A program made the position numbers and the translations under genes. Below are positions 1-10,793 of a stretch of DNA of 64,000 nucleotides, in pieces; the stretch's first letter is position 1, and every line of letters begins with the position of its first letter. Under the pieces are notes generated by a model. That model was not told the DNA's origin. It did no database searches and saw nothing but the letters and a program-made list of their open reading frames with translations. The DNA comes from an uncultured Desulfurococcaceae archaeon (GTDB lineage: Archaea; Thermoproteota; Thermoprotei_A; Sulfolobales; NBVN01). Location: contig CAZQFL010000003.1 in NCBI GenBank assembly GCA_964592745.1, forward strand, positions 5,450-69,449, written 5' to 3'.

Positions 1-248
1 TTAACCTCAAGGATTATTGGTAAGTAAAGCCTACTTGCTAACTCACTACCTAGGAGTTCATAAGCTAATCTCAACTCAGATCTTCTGAACATATGAACAC
101 CTCCATCCCTAGTCAATACGTGAGGGTACTCTTCACGTAGTAATTCACTTAACGTCTTTCTCTTTATGGGTAGTGATCTATTAACTACCTTTAATTCCTC
201 ACTTAAGTACCTCTCAAGAAGTTTCTCGTCTTCTATCAACTTATTCAC
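1..248 (-). CDS. DUF61 (UPF0216) family protein, truncated by the window edge; not in the ORF track
   Basis: Open minus-strand frame from GTG248 or TTG239: IEDEKLLERYLSEELKVVNRSLPIKRKTLSELLREEYPHVLTRDGGVHMFRRSEL...LYLPIILEV, the typical DUF61 pattern. It abuts the atpD stop. Confidence 0.75.
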   Translation of the reverse strand, partial: MNKLIEDEKLLERYLSEELKVVNRSLPIKRKTLSELLREEYPHVLTRDGGVHMFRRSELRLAYELLGSELASRLYLPIILEV

Positions 249-876
249 CAACTCTTTTAAGTAATAACTCCTTAACCTTCTTCAACCTAATCTTATCCTC
301 ACGTTCCCTCTCTTCAAACTTCATCTCAAGGAATTTAATTGTATTTATTAATCTAGGTATTAAGATGTACTCTAAAGCATTAACTCTTCTCTTAACCCTA
401 GATACTTCAGCACCAATTCTATATATCGAGTACTCAATCTCAGTTAACTTAACTATTTTCTCAATAATTGATCTGTAACATCTTGCAGCATCAATTAAGG
501 ATAATGGCTTCTTAGTTAATGCGTTAGAGTACTCAGAAAATTCTATATCAAGTAGAGGTACTCGAACACCAGCTGAAACTCTACTACCAACTATTACTTG
601 GAAACTCTCATAGAGTGTAGTTGCTAAAACCTCAACCTCTCTTAAAGTACTTACTGATAAAGCCTTAGCTAACTTTTCATCACATAAGTCTAGACCCTTA
701 TGAATCTCCTTCCTAAGACTTAATGCATCCTTAATTAATGATATGAATTCCTGAGTTAGAATTACTAATCTATCCTTTAGTACTTTGTGAAGTCTACGTG
801 CAATAGCTAATCTCCTTCTTAACCTAATTAACTCTATTTTAGTCGGTCTAGCAATTCTTATTACTTGCTGTGACAT
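241..876 (-). CDS. atpD: A/V-type ATP synthase subunit D
   Basis: RPTKIELIRLRRRL N-terminus and KRRVNALEYILIP motif; follows atpB. Confidence 0.97.
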   Translation of the reverse strand: MSQQVIRIARPTKIELIRLRRRLAIARRLHKVLKDRLVILTQEFISLIKDALSLRKEIHKGLDLCDEKLAKALSVSTLREVEVLATTLYESFQVIVGSRVSAGVRVPLLDIEFSEYSNALTKKPLSLIDAARCYRSIIEKIVKLTEIEYSIYRIGAEVSRVKRRVNALEYILIPRLINTIKFLEMKFEEREREDKIRLKKVKELLLKRVGE

Positions 877-878
877 AC

Positions 879-2303
879 TTAAGACCTCATACTTCGTGCA
901 GCCCTATACTTTGGATGATACTTCTTTATATTCTCCTCACTAACTAGCTTAAGATCCTCCTCAGGTAATGTAGCTAAGAGCTCCCAACCAATATCTAATG
1001 TCTCCTCTATAGTTCTTCTTTCATACTCACCTTGATTTATGAATTTACGTTCGAAGAGATCAGCAAATGCTAGGTATTTCCTATCACGCTCGGTTAGTGA
1101 TTCAACACCAACTATAGCTGTTAACTCTCTAAGATACTGTCCCTCAGAGTATGCGGCTATTAATTGCATGAATACTTGATAATGGTCATCCCTAGTCTTA
1201 CCAGGGCCTACACCGTCTTTCATGAGTCTCGACAGTGATAGCAGTACATCGACTGGTGGGTATATGCCCTTTCTATGAAGATCTCTTGAAAGTACTATCT
1301 GACCCTCAGTTATGTAGCCAGTTAAGTCAGGTATTGGATGAGTTATGTCGTCACTAGGCATGGTTAGTATAGGCATTTGGGTTATTGAGCCCTTCATACC
1401 CTTAATCCTGCCGGCCCTCTCATATATTGTTGCTAGATCTGTATACATGTATCCCGGATAGCCCCTCCTACCTGGTATTTCCTCCCTAGCAGCGCTAAGC
1501 TCTCTAAGACTCTCGCAGTAATTTGTCATGTCAGTCATGACAACTAGCACGTGCATACCATGCTTCCAGGCTAGAAACTCAGCTGTAGTTAATGCTACCC
1601 TAGGTATAGCTATCCTCTCAATAACTGGTGATGAAGCTGTATTTATGAATGCAACAACATTCTCTATATTACCACTACTCCTTAAATTCTCTATGAAGAA
1701 GTATGCCTCTTCATAAGTAACCCCGATAGCTGCAAACACTACAGCGAACCTCTCTTCCTTACCCCTAACCCTAGCCTGCCTCACTATCTGTGCGGCTATT
1801 CTGTTATGCGGTAATCCTGAACCACTAAATATTGGTAGCTTCTGACCCCTAACAATTGAGAATAGACCATCAATAGCGGAGATACCAGTCTCTATAAACT
1901 CTGAAGGTGGTTCACGAATTGCTGGATTTATGGGTGCACCATTAATGTCTAAGTAATCCTCAGGAACTATTGGTGGTCCTCCATCAATAGGTCTACCTAA
2001 GCCATCGAATATTCTTCCTAACATATCGAGTGAGACAGGTAGTTTTAATGTCTCACCCTTAAACCTTACTCTAGCAGCCTTAGTGTTAATTTCACTAACA
2101 CCGCCGAATACCTGAATTACTGCGACATCCTTCGATACATCAATTACCTGACCGAGTCTGACTTCACCACTCTCTAATGTTATCTCAACTACTTCTCCAT
2201 ACCTTACACCAGGTAATGACTCAACGAAGAGTAATGAACCTCTTGCACGTGTGGCTTTCCTAACCTCCTTCACATACATTTCAGTAGTCATCTCACTCAC
2301 CAC
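879..2303 (-). CDS. atpB: A/V-type ATP synthase subunit B
   Basis: [37 protein letters not shown] and [18 protein letters not shown] motifs. Confidence 0.98.
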   Translation of the reverse strand: MVSEMTTEMYVKEVRKATRARGSLLFVESLPGVRYGEVVEITLESGEVRLGQVIDVSKDVAVIQVFGGVSEINTKAARVRFKGETLKLPVSLDMLGRIFDGLGRPIDGGPPIVPEDYLDINGAPINPAIREPPSEFIETGISAIDGLFSIVRGQKLPIFSGSGLPHNRIAAQIVRQARVRGKEERFAVVFAAIGVTYEEAYFFIENLRSSGNIENVVAFINTASSPVIERIAIPRVALTTAEFLAWKHGMHVLVVMTDMTNYCESLRELSAAREEIPGRRGYPGYMYTDLATIYERAGRIKGMKGSITQMPILTMPSDDITHPIPDLTGYITEGQIVLSRDLHRKGIYPPVDVLLSLSRLMKDGVGPGKTRDDHYQVFMQLIAAYSEGQYLRELTAIVGVESLTERDRKYLAFADLFERKFINQGEYERRTIEETLDIGWELLATLPEEDLKLVSEENIKKYHPKYRAARSMRS

Positions 2304-5300
2304 TCCTCATTAACTCATTAAAGCTTCTTTCTAGCTCATTAATTAATTCCTTATACACCTTCGGGAATTCATCATAAGGTACTTCCTTCATCTTGGCTAT
2401 CCTAACCCTGATAGGTAATGATCTAATCTTCTCTAAGGGTACACCCTTGTTTAGAGCTTCCCTACTTAATCTATAGAATTTTAGTATAACATCCATCATT
2501 CTTACAGTCTTCTCTGGTGGACAGTAACAATCAATTGGGTGAAATGCGTTCTGCTGTAGGAAGTCCTCCCTAATCATCCTAGCAACATCTAGTAATAGCT
2601 TATCCTGATCAGGTAATGCATCAGGCCCTACTAGCCTTACTATCTCCATTAATTCGGCCTCCCTCTGCAAAATGCTTAGAGCTTCATCTCTCATCTCCTT
2701 CCACTTCGGGAACTCCTTAGACCACCACTTAGCTAGTGCCTCAACATATAGTGAGTAACTTAATAGCCAATTAACTGCTGGGAAGTGCCTCCTATTAGCT
2801 AGCGCAACATCTAACGCTATGAATGTACCTATATACCTTAAGGTATTCTGAGTTACTGGCTCACTAAAGTCAGCACCTGGAGGTGATACAGCACCAACAA
2901 TTGTTAATGATCCCTCCCTTTCAGGTCTACCAAGACACTTAACTCTACCAGATCTCTCATAGAATTCAGCTAACCTAGAACCTAAATATGCAGGAAATCC
3001 CTCCTCACCAGGCATCTCCTCTAATCTAGCACTGACCTCCCTCATGGCTTCAGCCCAACGAGATGTTGAGTCAGCAACCATTAATACGTCATAGCCCATA
3101 TCCCTGAAATACTCACCTATAGTAACACCTAGGAATACACTAGTCTCTCTCGCAGCTACAGGCATGTTTGATGTATTAGCGATAAATACCGCCTTCTCGT
3201 AAAGCGGCCTACCTGATTCAGGATCCTTAAGTCTTAAGAAGCTATGTAGCGCATCAGCCATCTCATTACCTCTCTCACCACAGCCAACATAGATGTTAAG
3301 CCTAGTCCTAGCCCACTTAGTTAACGTTTGAAGTAGGACCGTATTATGGTATATGACTGGTACCTCTCCTCCTATGAAGTTATGTGTTTCCTCAACTACT
3401 AAGTCGTAAACCTCACCATCATATTTAATCACATTTACATGCTCCACCCTCTCAAATGTTACGTAGTTAAGCATACTTAGTAATGTCTTGAGTCTTTCAA
3501 TAAGTGTTAATGCCTCAGTAACTCTAACATTGAGAGACCTCATTAGAATATGTTCGAGCTTAAGCATGGTTTTATAGCCTAGTCTCTCCTCATTATATAT
3601 GTAATTGCCTATATTAATGCCTTCAGACTCGAGTTTCCTCTTTGACAGAACCCTGTATATCAATTTCAGGAAGCGAGGGTCTAAGGGTACAGCATCCTTC
3701 AAGATACTACCAAGTTCCTTCGAACTTACGTATTCTTTTAATTTCTTAATCTTAGTTATGTCTAAATTGCTTACGTTCAATAACACAATTTCATAGAACT
3801 TCCTAAGATCCCTAACGCTAGTTATAAATAGTCTACAACGATGATATTTCCCATCCTTACTTATGGAGTAAGGTATTCCAAGCTTTAGTAATAGATATGC
3901 GAGACCCGATATTAGCTTGGGTGATGATGAAGAGATTTCTAGTGTACTTTGATGGAATGATCCATCACCTAGGTATAATCCTCTAATGAAAGCTGCTATG
4001 ATTTTAGGTGACGCCTTCATTATTATTCTTGGAACAACGGCATTTCTTGACTTTCTCTTAGACGGTATATCAAAAACCTCCTTGAGAAGTCTAGCCAGTA
4101 ATGAAGAAGTGACTTCAACAGCGTAAACTGTATTAGTTACCTTCTCTCTACCCCTTAATCCAAAGGTCTTGTATAGAAGGTCATTGAACCTCCTCCTTAA
4201 TTCACTCGAGTTATTGAAGAATGTCACTCTATTCTTAACGATAGATCCATCAGCTAGTATTAACCCTAATAACTCAGCTAGCTCCTCACTAACTCTCAAT
4301 GGTATTCTTAAACTTAATTTACTTCTCCGTAATCCCAGAATTCTTGGTGAACCTAAATCAACATTGAATGTCTTCTTAATCGATACTATTAGTCTTAAAG
4401 GTATGCTTCTCTTCCTCCTCTTCTTAATGTCATTCAGTGTACTTAGTGATATACCTACAGTATTACATAACTCTTTAAGATCTTTCATGCTTAACTTATT
4501 GAGGAATTCTCTAACTCTCTCATTAACCTCCGCATCTTTGCTGACTACATCTTCATATTTAGCCAATTTCTCTATAGGTATCCTAGGCTCATTACCTACT
4601 GAAGGTACCTTCTTTGGTATAACTAAGTGCATTCCAGGTCTTATATCTATTGCTCTGATGTATCTTACTGTTCCGTACGAGTCTATTACTGGTAGTTTAT
4701 GATTAGGTGTTACCTTTAGAGTTTTACCTGTTGAAGTTTTAATCTCTATTAGTTTATCGGTGTATCCCTTGTAAATATGAGTTGCTTTGACCATCTTAAA
4801 TCTCGTACCGTCAAACCCTAAAACATTAATTGGTTTCTTAAGTTCTATTAACTCCTCCTTATCGCTTAATTTTATCCTACGACCTTCTGCATTACGGTAA
4901 AGCTCATCTATCGGTATTAGATCCCAATTAGTCAGAAGTACCGGTGTACCCGGTGGGACACACTTTCCGCTCCCAAAGCCGCCTGGTACGGCGGCCTTAC
5001 CACCTAAAGCTATTGGGAATATCATGTCGAGGACTCTCTGACCTGTTATTAGTGGTTTCGTAGGTTCTAGCCTGTTTATGTAGGGTCTAGGCTTCCTAAC
5101 AGGCCACTTCTGCATCATTCTAACGTAGTGCTTCATACCATTAGACTCTACAACAGCTATTACGTCCTCTATGGTGTAATCACCATCATTAACTATCTCC
5201 TTTATAACACCGTGAACACCTGGCGGTATCATTACGTAATGCTTTATTAGCGTGGTCTCCTGTACAACACCAATAACATCGCCTGGACCTACCTTATCAC

Positions 5301-5691
5301 CTACCTTAATGTTCTTATTTCTCTCAAGATACCACTTAACATTCCTCGGTAATGACGGTAACTTAACACCTCTCTTCACGAAGGGTCCGACAAGTTCACC
5401 AATTGTTGATAAGGGTCTTTGTAGACCATCAAAGACTTTACCGACAATACCTGGACCTAACTCAGCAGATAGTAGTGAGCCTGTACCCTCAACAGGCTCA
5501 CCTACCCTTAATCCTGTTGTATCCTCGTAAACCTGTATATACGCCCTATCTTCATGCATTCCTATTATCTCACCTATAAGTCTCTCCTCACCAACGTATA
5601 CTACCTCATAAACCATGGAACCTCTCATACCCTCAGCAACAACTAATGGACCTGAAACTCTCAATACTCTACCAACAACCATATTTATCAC
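2293..5691 (-). CDS. atpA: A/V-type ATP synthase catalytic subunit A, intein-containing (1132-aa precursor, about 592 aa spliced)
   Basis: GGFGSGK/T Walker A split by the intein; [21 protein letters not shown] and [12 protein letters not shown] motifs. Confidence 0.98.
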   Translation of the reverse strand: MINMVVGRVLRVSGPLVVAEGMRGSMVYEVVYVGEERLIGEIIGMHEDRAYIQVYEDTTGLRVGEPVEGTGSLLSAELGPGIVGKVFDGLQRPLSTIGELVGPFVKRGVKLPSLPRNVKWYLERNKNIKVGDKVGPGDVIGVVQETTLIKHYVMIPPGVHGVIKEIVNDGDYTIEDVIAVVESNGMKHYVRMMQKWPVRKPRPYINRLEPTKPLITGQRVLDMIFPIALGGKAAVPGGFGSGKCVPPGTPVLLTNWDLIPIDELYRNAEGRRIKLSDKEELIELKKPINVLGFDGTRFKMVKATHIYKGYTDKLIEIKTSTGKTLKVTPNHKLPVIDSYGTVRYIRAIDIRPGMHLVIPKKVPSVGNEPRIPIEKLAKYEDVVSKDAEVNERVREFLNKLSMKDLKELCNTVGISLSTLNDIKKRRKRSIPLRLIVSIKKTFNVDLGSPRILGLRRSKLSLRIPLRVSEELAELLGLILADGSIVKNRVTFFNNSSELRRRFNDLLYKTFGLRGREKVTNTVYAVEVTSSLLARLLKEVFDIPSKRKSRNAVVPRIIMKASPKIIAAFIRGLYLGDGSFHQSTLEISSSSPKLISGLAYLLLKLGIPYSISKDGKYHRCRLFITSVRDLRKFYEIVLLNVSNLDITKIKKLKEYVSSKELGSILKDAVPLDPRFLKLIYRVLSKRKLESEGINIGNYIYNEERLGYKTMLKLEHILMRSLNVRVTEALTLIERLKTLLSMLNYVTFERVEHVNVIKYDGEVYDLVVEETHNFIGGEVPVIYHNTVLLQTLTKWARTRLNIYVGCGERGNEMADALHSFLRLKDPESGRPLYEKAVFIANTSNMPVAARETSVFLGVTIGEYFRDMGYDVLMVADSTSRWAEAMREVSARLEEMPGEEGFPAYLGSRLAEFYERSGRVKCLGRPEREGSLTIVGAVSPPGADFSEPVTQNTLRYIGTFIALDVALANRRHFPAVNWLLSYSLYVEALAKWWSKEFPKWKEMRDEALSILQREAELMEIVRLVGPDALPDQDKLLLDVARMIREDFLQQNAFHPIDCYCPPEKTVRMMDVILKFYRLSREALNKGVPLEKIRSLPIRVRIAKMKEVPYDEFPKVYKELINELERSFNELMRSGE
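3343..4962 (-). mobile_element. Intein with LAGLIDADG (DOD) homing endonuclease in the AtpA P-loop (VMA-b-type site), 540 aa
   Basis: Starts CVPPGT after GSGK; block B TPNH; LLGLILADG and [10 protein letters not shown] motifs; block [13 protein letters not shown]; ends VIYHN followed by Thr+1. Removal restores GGFGSGKT. Confidence 0.97.
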
Positions 5692-6041
5692 CTTAACTCT
5701 ATGGAAATACCTAAGTACTTCCTAATCAATGATAAATAATGTTCCGTTACATCAAACTTAGCTCTAACCCCTACACTAGGAATGAATATCGTTAATACAT
5801 CCTTAGGTAGCTCCACTTCCCTAAACACCTCTCTTAGACTCTCCTGAATAACTAATAAAGTAATGGCAGACTTAGAAACATCACTCAATATTAGTTCAAC
5901 CCTCTTTCTCAATTCGTCACGTCTTAGGTTCTTACTTAATATGTAATGCTTAATAGCACCTCCTAATCTAAGGGATAACGTAAAGAATTCATCACCTATA
6001 ACAGCTATACCGCCTTTACGTACCTTTAATGACGTGTTCAT
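5688..6041 (-). CDS. atpF: A/V-type ATP synthase subunit F (divergent); start probably ATG 6041 rather than 6083
   Basis: IAVIGDEFFTLSLRLGG N-terminal motif and IRKYLGISI C-terminus; sits between atpC and atpA; GGTGG upstream of 6041. Confidence 0.85.
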   Translation of the reverse strand: MNTSLKVRKGGIAVIGDEFFTLSLRLGGAIKHYILSKNLRRDELRKRVELILSDVSKSAITLLVIQESLREVFREVELPKDVLTIFIPSVGVRAKFDVTEHYLSLIRKYLGISIELR

Positions 6042-7011
6042 ACCAGGACCACCATGAAACAATGCTCTTAACCAAGTATTCACTACCCAGATTATCTAGT
6101 ATGTAAATTAAATGGGAAACAATGTGGGCTTCCCACTCCTTAGCTAATAGGTATTCGAGAGCTTTATCATAGCTTAATGGACTATACCTCAACTCATTTA
6201 TTGAATATGCATATTTAATGATGTGTAGGGCTGTATCGAAATCTATGGGAGACCTCTGAATTACTTGAGAAATTATATTTGTAATCAGAGGTTTCTTACC
6301 ACTTAAGTATGTACTTAAGTCCTCACCCTTAAGGTAAGCTCTCCTCATAAGCAGTTCTAGAAGCTCCATATCTCTTAAATGATTCACTACTAAGTGTAAT
6401 TTAATGTGGGGTCTTAATTTCAGTGTCATACTACTTAACAATGACCAAAGAGACCTCCACACATTCTCTTCAATGACTTCTAGATTTAATTCCTTAAGTG
6501 GTGAGTTAATGTAGTTCATGAGTACTTTAGACAATATTTTGTACGTTCTTGGATAAAGAGATTTTAAATCTTCAAGAAATTCACGTACGGTTCTTGAAGG
6601 TGTTAAGTTAAGTGCATTAATATCAGTAAGAACGTAGTGCTTCCCATCTAGACGGTCTGTACTAACCTCCCTGATAGCATCTAAAACTTCAGCAATTCTG
6701 AATCTCTCAACATACGTATACATAAATTCTTTAAGATTCTCGCTAGGTGATGTGAGCTCAATTAAAGAATGTAGGTCATCAATCCAACACTTAAGTACTT
6801 CATTATATATATCAATTGCAGTCTTAATCTCCCGCACTCTAATTGACTGAAGGCATGTCAGTACATCACAATTTAAATCTCTCAATATATTTTCAAATTC
6901 ATCAATATTATGAGGTGTCTTATCCTTAACTACTAAAGCTCTTTCTAAAATGAATACTCTATCCATCTTTAACTTAACCATAACTAGAAACTTATTGTCC
7001 TTCTCATTCAT
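6016..7011 (-). CDS. atpC: Probable A/V-type ATP synthase subunit C (highly divergent)
   Basis: 331-aa helical protein in the E-C-F slot; C-terminal PLSYDKALEYLLAKEWE matches the subunit C terminal motif. Confidence 0.7.
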   Translation of the reverse strand: MNEKDNKFLVMVKLKMDRVFILERALVVKDKTPHNIDEFENILRDLNCDVLTCLQSIRVREIKTAIDIYNEVLKCWIDDLHSLIELTSPSENLKEFMYTYVERFRIAEVLDAIREVSTDRLDGKHYVLTDINALNLTPSRTVREFLEDLKSLYPRTYKILSKVLMNYINSPLKELNLEVIEENVWRSLWSLLSSMTLKLRPHIKLHLVVNHLRDMELLELLMRRAYLKGEDLSTYLSGKKPLITNIISQVIQRSPIDFDTALHIIKYAYSINELRYSPLSYDKALEYLLAKEWEAHIVSHLIYILDNLGSEYLVKSIVSWWSWYEHVIKGT

Positions 7012-7014
7012 CTG

Positions 7015-7626
7015 TTAAGTCCCCAATACCTTCTCTTGAAGAACCTTAGTTATCTCAGGTTTTAACTTCTCAAGGCGTGTCTTATAAGTATTATCTACAG
7101 CTATGGAACCATCTTCAGTTTCAATAATTAAACCACCAATATAGTCATCACTTAAGGTCTCTATTTTTGAGACTATCGCTGTAATTCCTTCCTCTTTAAT
7201 CAACTCTTTAATCAAATCCATGTCTTGTTTAACTACCCTAATAGTTACTTTAGTATTTGGAGGTAATATGCCAGAACCCAGAACCTCACGAAGTAATGCT
7301 CTCAACGATTCTCTTCTAGTATTAGTATTGCTGGCTCTTAACCTCTCCTCAATACCTTTAAGTACTTCATTAAGTATTTCATTCTTTAATGTAGTCATTT
7401 TAATGTTTAGCTCCATAACCTTCCTAATGTATTTCATGTTTTCTTCATTAGTTATTTTTGAGATAAGTTCCTCTCTACGTCTCTTCACTCTTAACTCATA
7501 ACGCTTCTCAGCATCTCTTATTATCTCTTCAGCTCTTCTTTTTGCTTCTTCAATTATTCTTTCAGCTTCCTTCTGGGCCTTCCTAATTACTGCTTCTCTT
7601 AAACTCTCTATACTCATGTATATCAC
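7015..7626 (-). CDS. atpE: A/V-type ATP synthase subunit E
   Basis: N-terminal EAERIIEEA coiled coil and C-terminal IGGLIIETEDGSIAVDNTYKTRL. Confidence 0.93.
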   Translation of the reverse strand: MIYMSIESLREAVIRKAQKEAERIIEEAKRRAEEIIRDAEKRYELRVKRRREELISKITNEENMKYIRKVMELNIKMTTLKNEILNEVLKGIEERLRASNTNTRRESLRALLREVLGSGILPPNTKVTIRVVKQDMDLIKELIKEEGITAIVSKIETLSDDYIGGLIIETEDGSIAVDNTYKTRLEKLKPEITKVLQEKVLGT

Positions 7627-7662
7627 CTAAGTTTAAGTCTAGATTTTACTATGTTACGCTCC

Positions 7663-8136
7663 TTATATTGGTAGGCCAGCAACTATGATTAGCAGTATGT
7701 ATCCAAATACTAGACCTAATATTCCGAATAGCTCTACGTAGGAAGCCAAGATTAGTGTGTGAATCCAAACGGCACCTCTTGTCTTTGGTAACTCAATTAT
7801 TCCAGACATACAAACTATTCCTTGCATCCATGCAGATGCGAGCTCAGCTGCAAATACAGATATACCTATACCTAGAAATGCCCAAGCCTTTATGTCCGTC
7901 AGCGTAACCGTAGGTAGGACTGTAGTGAAGCCCAGTATAGAAAATATAAGTCCATAGAATGTCTGTGTCATAGGTAATGCGGAGAGTATTAATACTTGCC
8001 TAAAAAATCCAGGCTCTTCAGCTAATACCGATAATCCGGCTGAAGCAGCCCTAGCTGTCCCTATGGATGAACCAGCTAAACCACCAGCTAGACCTAGTGC
8101 TAACCCTAATGTTGCTACAAATGATGTTACATCCAA
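7663..8136 (-). CDS. atpK: A/V-type ATP synthase proteolipid subunit K/c, four-helix form
   Basis: 157-aa hydrophobic protein with GSSIG, LPMTQTFYG, WMQG and YVELFG; NtpK-like. Confidence 0.95.
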   Translation of the reverse strand: MDVTSFVATLGLALGLAGGLAGSSIGTARAASAGLSVLAEEPGFFRQVLILSALPMTQTFYGLIFSILGFTTVLPTVTLTDIKAWAFLGIGISVFAAELASAWMQGIVCMSGIIELPKTRGAVWIHTLILASYVELFGILGLVFGYILLIIVAGLPI

Positions 8137-8267
8137 AACTTCGGCACCTGGGTTCTAAGTATATACTTCTGAGGAATATAAGTCTTACTCAATCTAAAGA
8201 ATTTATATAGTACTTAGGATGTTCCAGAAATACAAGGCTTATAAGCTAATCCTATACCCTAATTAAG
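8137..8267. promoter_or_regulatory. Divergent promoter region of the two ATP synthase units
   Basis: About 130 bp AT-rich gap between head-to-head atpK and atpH; TTTATATA at 8202-8209; palindromes AAGTATATACTT (8157-8168) and GCTTATAAGC (8237-8246). Confidence 0.6.
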
Positions 8268-8573
8268 GTGAAGGGAGTGTCAATAAGCGATATCGAGGCT
8301 GAGGCAAGGAGAATTATTGAGGAAGCAAAAAGGAAGGCTGATGAAATAATTAAAGAGGCTAAAGTAAAAGCTGAGGAACTAGATAAGAAAGATTTAGGTG
8401 AAGTGTTAACGAAGGAGGAGGTTGAAAGCATTATTAATGAGTTTAAAGAGAGGTTTAATAAAGTAATGAGTGAGTATATGTCTCGTGAAAAGAAGATTAA
8501 GGAGAACTTCAGTAAGTGGCGTGACTCAATAATTGATGAGTTCGTTAGGAAGATACTAGGTGTTAAGACTTGA
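8268..8573 (+). CDS. atpH: A/V-type ATP synthase subunit H/G (peripheral stalk); start possibly GTG 8277
   Basis: About 100 aa with an EAEARRIIEEAKRKADEII coiled coil; overlaps the atpI start. Confidence 0.8.
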   Translation: MKGVSISDIEAEARRIIEEAKRKADEIIKEAKVKAEELDKKDLGEVLTKEEVESIINEFKERFNKVMSEYMSREKKIKENFSKWRDSIIDEFVRKILGVKT

Positions 8574-10618
8574 TATTGACTATACCAGAGCGATTAGCTT
8601 ATGTAAGGATATTAGTACCTAAGGATCTAATTGATAAAGCTATAAATAAACTACAGGAACTCAACACCATACATGTCGAGGTAGTAGGTAAAATACCTGA
8701 AGAGGATAGGAGGAAGATACTTAGTGATGTAAAAAGACTCGAGGAAGTGGAGAAGATTATCTCAGCAATTGAGAAGTACATAGAAATGCCAACTTTAATC
8801 GAAATTAAGGAGTACTTAACGCCCACAGTTATTAGGAAGAGGTTATACTCACTCTACGAGAAGTTAAGGCAGGTACTGAAAAATGCAGAATCGCTCACTG
8901 AGAATATATCGAGATTAGAGAGTAAGTTAAGATACGAGGAAGAACTACTTGACGTACTTGAAGTTCTTAGTAATGTTTACGGGTTAGGTAATGCTACGTT
9001 AGATTATCTAAACTTCCGGGGTGAGGTTATTTCAGCAGTAGCACTTATGGGTAGACCTCAAAACATTAGTGAGTTTAAGACATACCTTATCGAGGAGAGC
9101 AGGAAGAGGCAATTAAGTGTATATATAGTTAGAGAATATAGAATCAATGAAGATATATACCTCTTACAAATAATAATTGATACACAGCTTATGGACATAG
9201 TGAATAATAATGTTAAGAAATTTAATTTAAGAATTGTTGAATTTCCTAAAGTAAGTATGAAAATCAATGATTTCCTAACTAACTTGAAAGATGAAGTTCA
9301 AGAACTTAAACGAGAACTTAATGAGGCTAGAACTAAACTAAGTGATCTTGTGAAGAATGTAATCAACGACTTAGCATTAGCTAAAGTATACGTTAACGTA
9401 GTCAAGGAGCAACTTGACGCTATACTTGCAGCACTCATGAGTGAGTACTTAGTAGGTATTGAGGGTTGGATTCCTATCTCAAATATGCACCTAATCGAGG
9501 ATGTACTATATAAGGAATTAAAGCATGTATATGTAGCCAAGTTAAGCACTAATAAGAAGCCACCAACTAAGATGAAGAATCCTAAACCGCTCAAGGCGTT
9601 TGAACTTATAACTAAGATCTATGGTGTACCGAATTACAATGAATGGGATCCAACACCCATACTTGCCTACTCATTAATGCTATTCTTCGGGCTTATGTTT
9701 GCTGATTTCATTTATGGTTTAGCTTTATTGATTATAGTTATGTTTGTACTTGAGCGTTTAGGGCTAGTGGAGAATCCTTATAGTGAGGGTTACTTAACAT
9801 TTAAGAGGCTCCTCATAGCGCTTTCATTATCATCAATGTTTTTCGGTGTACTGTCTAATAGCTTTGCTGGGTATTCAGTAATTATAAGTAGTAATGGTAT
9901 ATCTTTAGTACCAGCAAGTACTAAATCTGCTCAGCTAGCTATACTACCATTAATTAATCCTATGTTCTTCATAAAATTAGCATTAATTATAGGTTTAATC
10001 CATGTTAACATAGGTCATGTACTAGCTTTAATTAAGTATTGGAAAAAGAGAGTTATGGGTGACTTCATATCTAAGGTAGGATTCTTCATAGCTGAAGTTT
10101 TCGGTATACCTTACGTATTGAACGCATTCATAGGTGTTAAATTACCTGGGATTTTAGGTCTGCATCCTGAATACTTACTCTATGGTGCGTTAGCGGGTTT
10201 AGGCGTTCTTATCGCTGGTAAATTTATAGCTTATAGAGGTTTAGCAATACTGTTCTGGCTATTCGACATTACAGGATTACTAGGTGATGTAATGTCATAC
10301 ACCCGTCTAGCTGGTATAGGTCTAGCAACGACACTCCTTGCCCAAAACTTTAACTCAATAGCGCTAAGTATTGCTTCAACAATGGGATACTTAATACCTA
10401 TTAAGATATTAGGATTAATCATTGGTGTATTAGTGTCTATCATCATAATGTTCTTAGCTAACTTACTAAACTTAGCTTTCGGTGTACTAGGTGCATTCAT
10501 ACACTCGCTAAGATTATGCTTCGTAGAGTTCCTACCTAAGTTCTATGAGGGTGAGGGTAGAGAGTTTAAGCCATTAGCTATAAGAATAGAGAGGGCAGTC
10601 ATTGTAGGTAGGAGATGA
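8570..10618 (+). CDS. atpI: A/V-type ATP synthase subunit I/a
   Basis: PPTKMKN, YGVPNYNEWDPT, FFGLMFAD, DVMSYTRLAG (essential Arg) and HSLRLCFVEF. Confidence 0.97.
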   Translation: MILTIPERLAYVRILVPKDLIDKAINKLQELNTIHVEVVGKIPEEDRRKILSDVKRLEEVEKIISAIEKYIEMPTLIEIKEYLTPTVIRKRLYSLYEKLRQVLKNAESLTENISRLESKLRYEEELLDVLEVLSNVYGLGNATLDYLNFRGEVISAVALMGRPQNISEFKTYLIEESRKRQLSVYIVREYRINEDIYLLQIIIDTQLMDIVNNNVKKFNLRIVEFPKVSMKINDFLTNLKDEVQELKRELNEARTKLSDLVKNVINDLALAKVYVNVVKEQLDAILAALMSEYLVGIEGWIPISNMHLIEDVLYKELKHVYVAKLSTNKKPPTKMKNPKPLKAFELITKIYGVPNYNEWDPTPILAYSLMLFFGLMFADFIYGLALLIIVMFVLERLGLVENPYSEGYLTFKRLLIALSLSSMFFGVLSNSFAGYSVIISSNGISLVPASTKSAQLAILPLINPMFFIKLALIIGLIHVNIGHVLALIKYWKKRVMGDFISKVGFFIAEVFGIPYVLNAFIGVKLPGILGLHPEYLLYGALAGLGVLIAGKFIAYRGLAILFWLFDITGLLGDVMSYTRLAGIGLATTLLAQNFNSIALSIASTMGYLIPIKILGLIIGVLVSIIIMFLANLLNLAFGVLGAFIHSLRLCFVEFLPKFYEGEGREFKPLAIRIERAVIVGRR

Positions 10619-10667
10619 CGTAGTTACGTAAACTCACTATATCCTATTTATCCTTGATATCTTATTA

Positions 10668-10722
10668 GAGTCAGCCCTCACACGGATCTTCATTAATCCG
10701 CTCCGGATGCCTTCATCATTCA
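10668..10722 (-). ncRNA. Box C/D guide sRNA; D guide predicted to target C34 of tRNA-Val(CAC)
   Basis: Minus strand reads AUGAUGA(C)-AGGCAUCCGGAG-CGGA(D')-UUA-AUGAAGA(C')-UCCGUGUGAGGG-CUGA(D). Both guides are 12 nt and GC-rich within an AT-rich intergenic gap. Confidence 0.9.
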
Positions 10723-10793
10723 AGTAGAGATAATTTCAAAGATATTTAAAGTTTTTATCTTATTTTAGCATGACATTGTTTGGGTGATCTTAA

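Noticed and set aside
8221-8237. ORB-like string GTTCCAGAAATACAAGG
   Set aside because: Single degenerate copy with no G-string, no inverted partner and no adjacent cdc6/orc1 or whiP.
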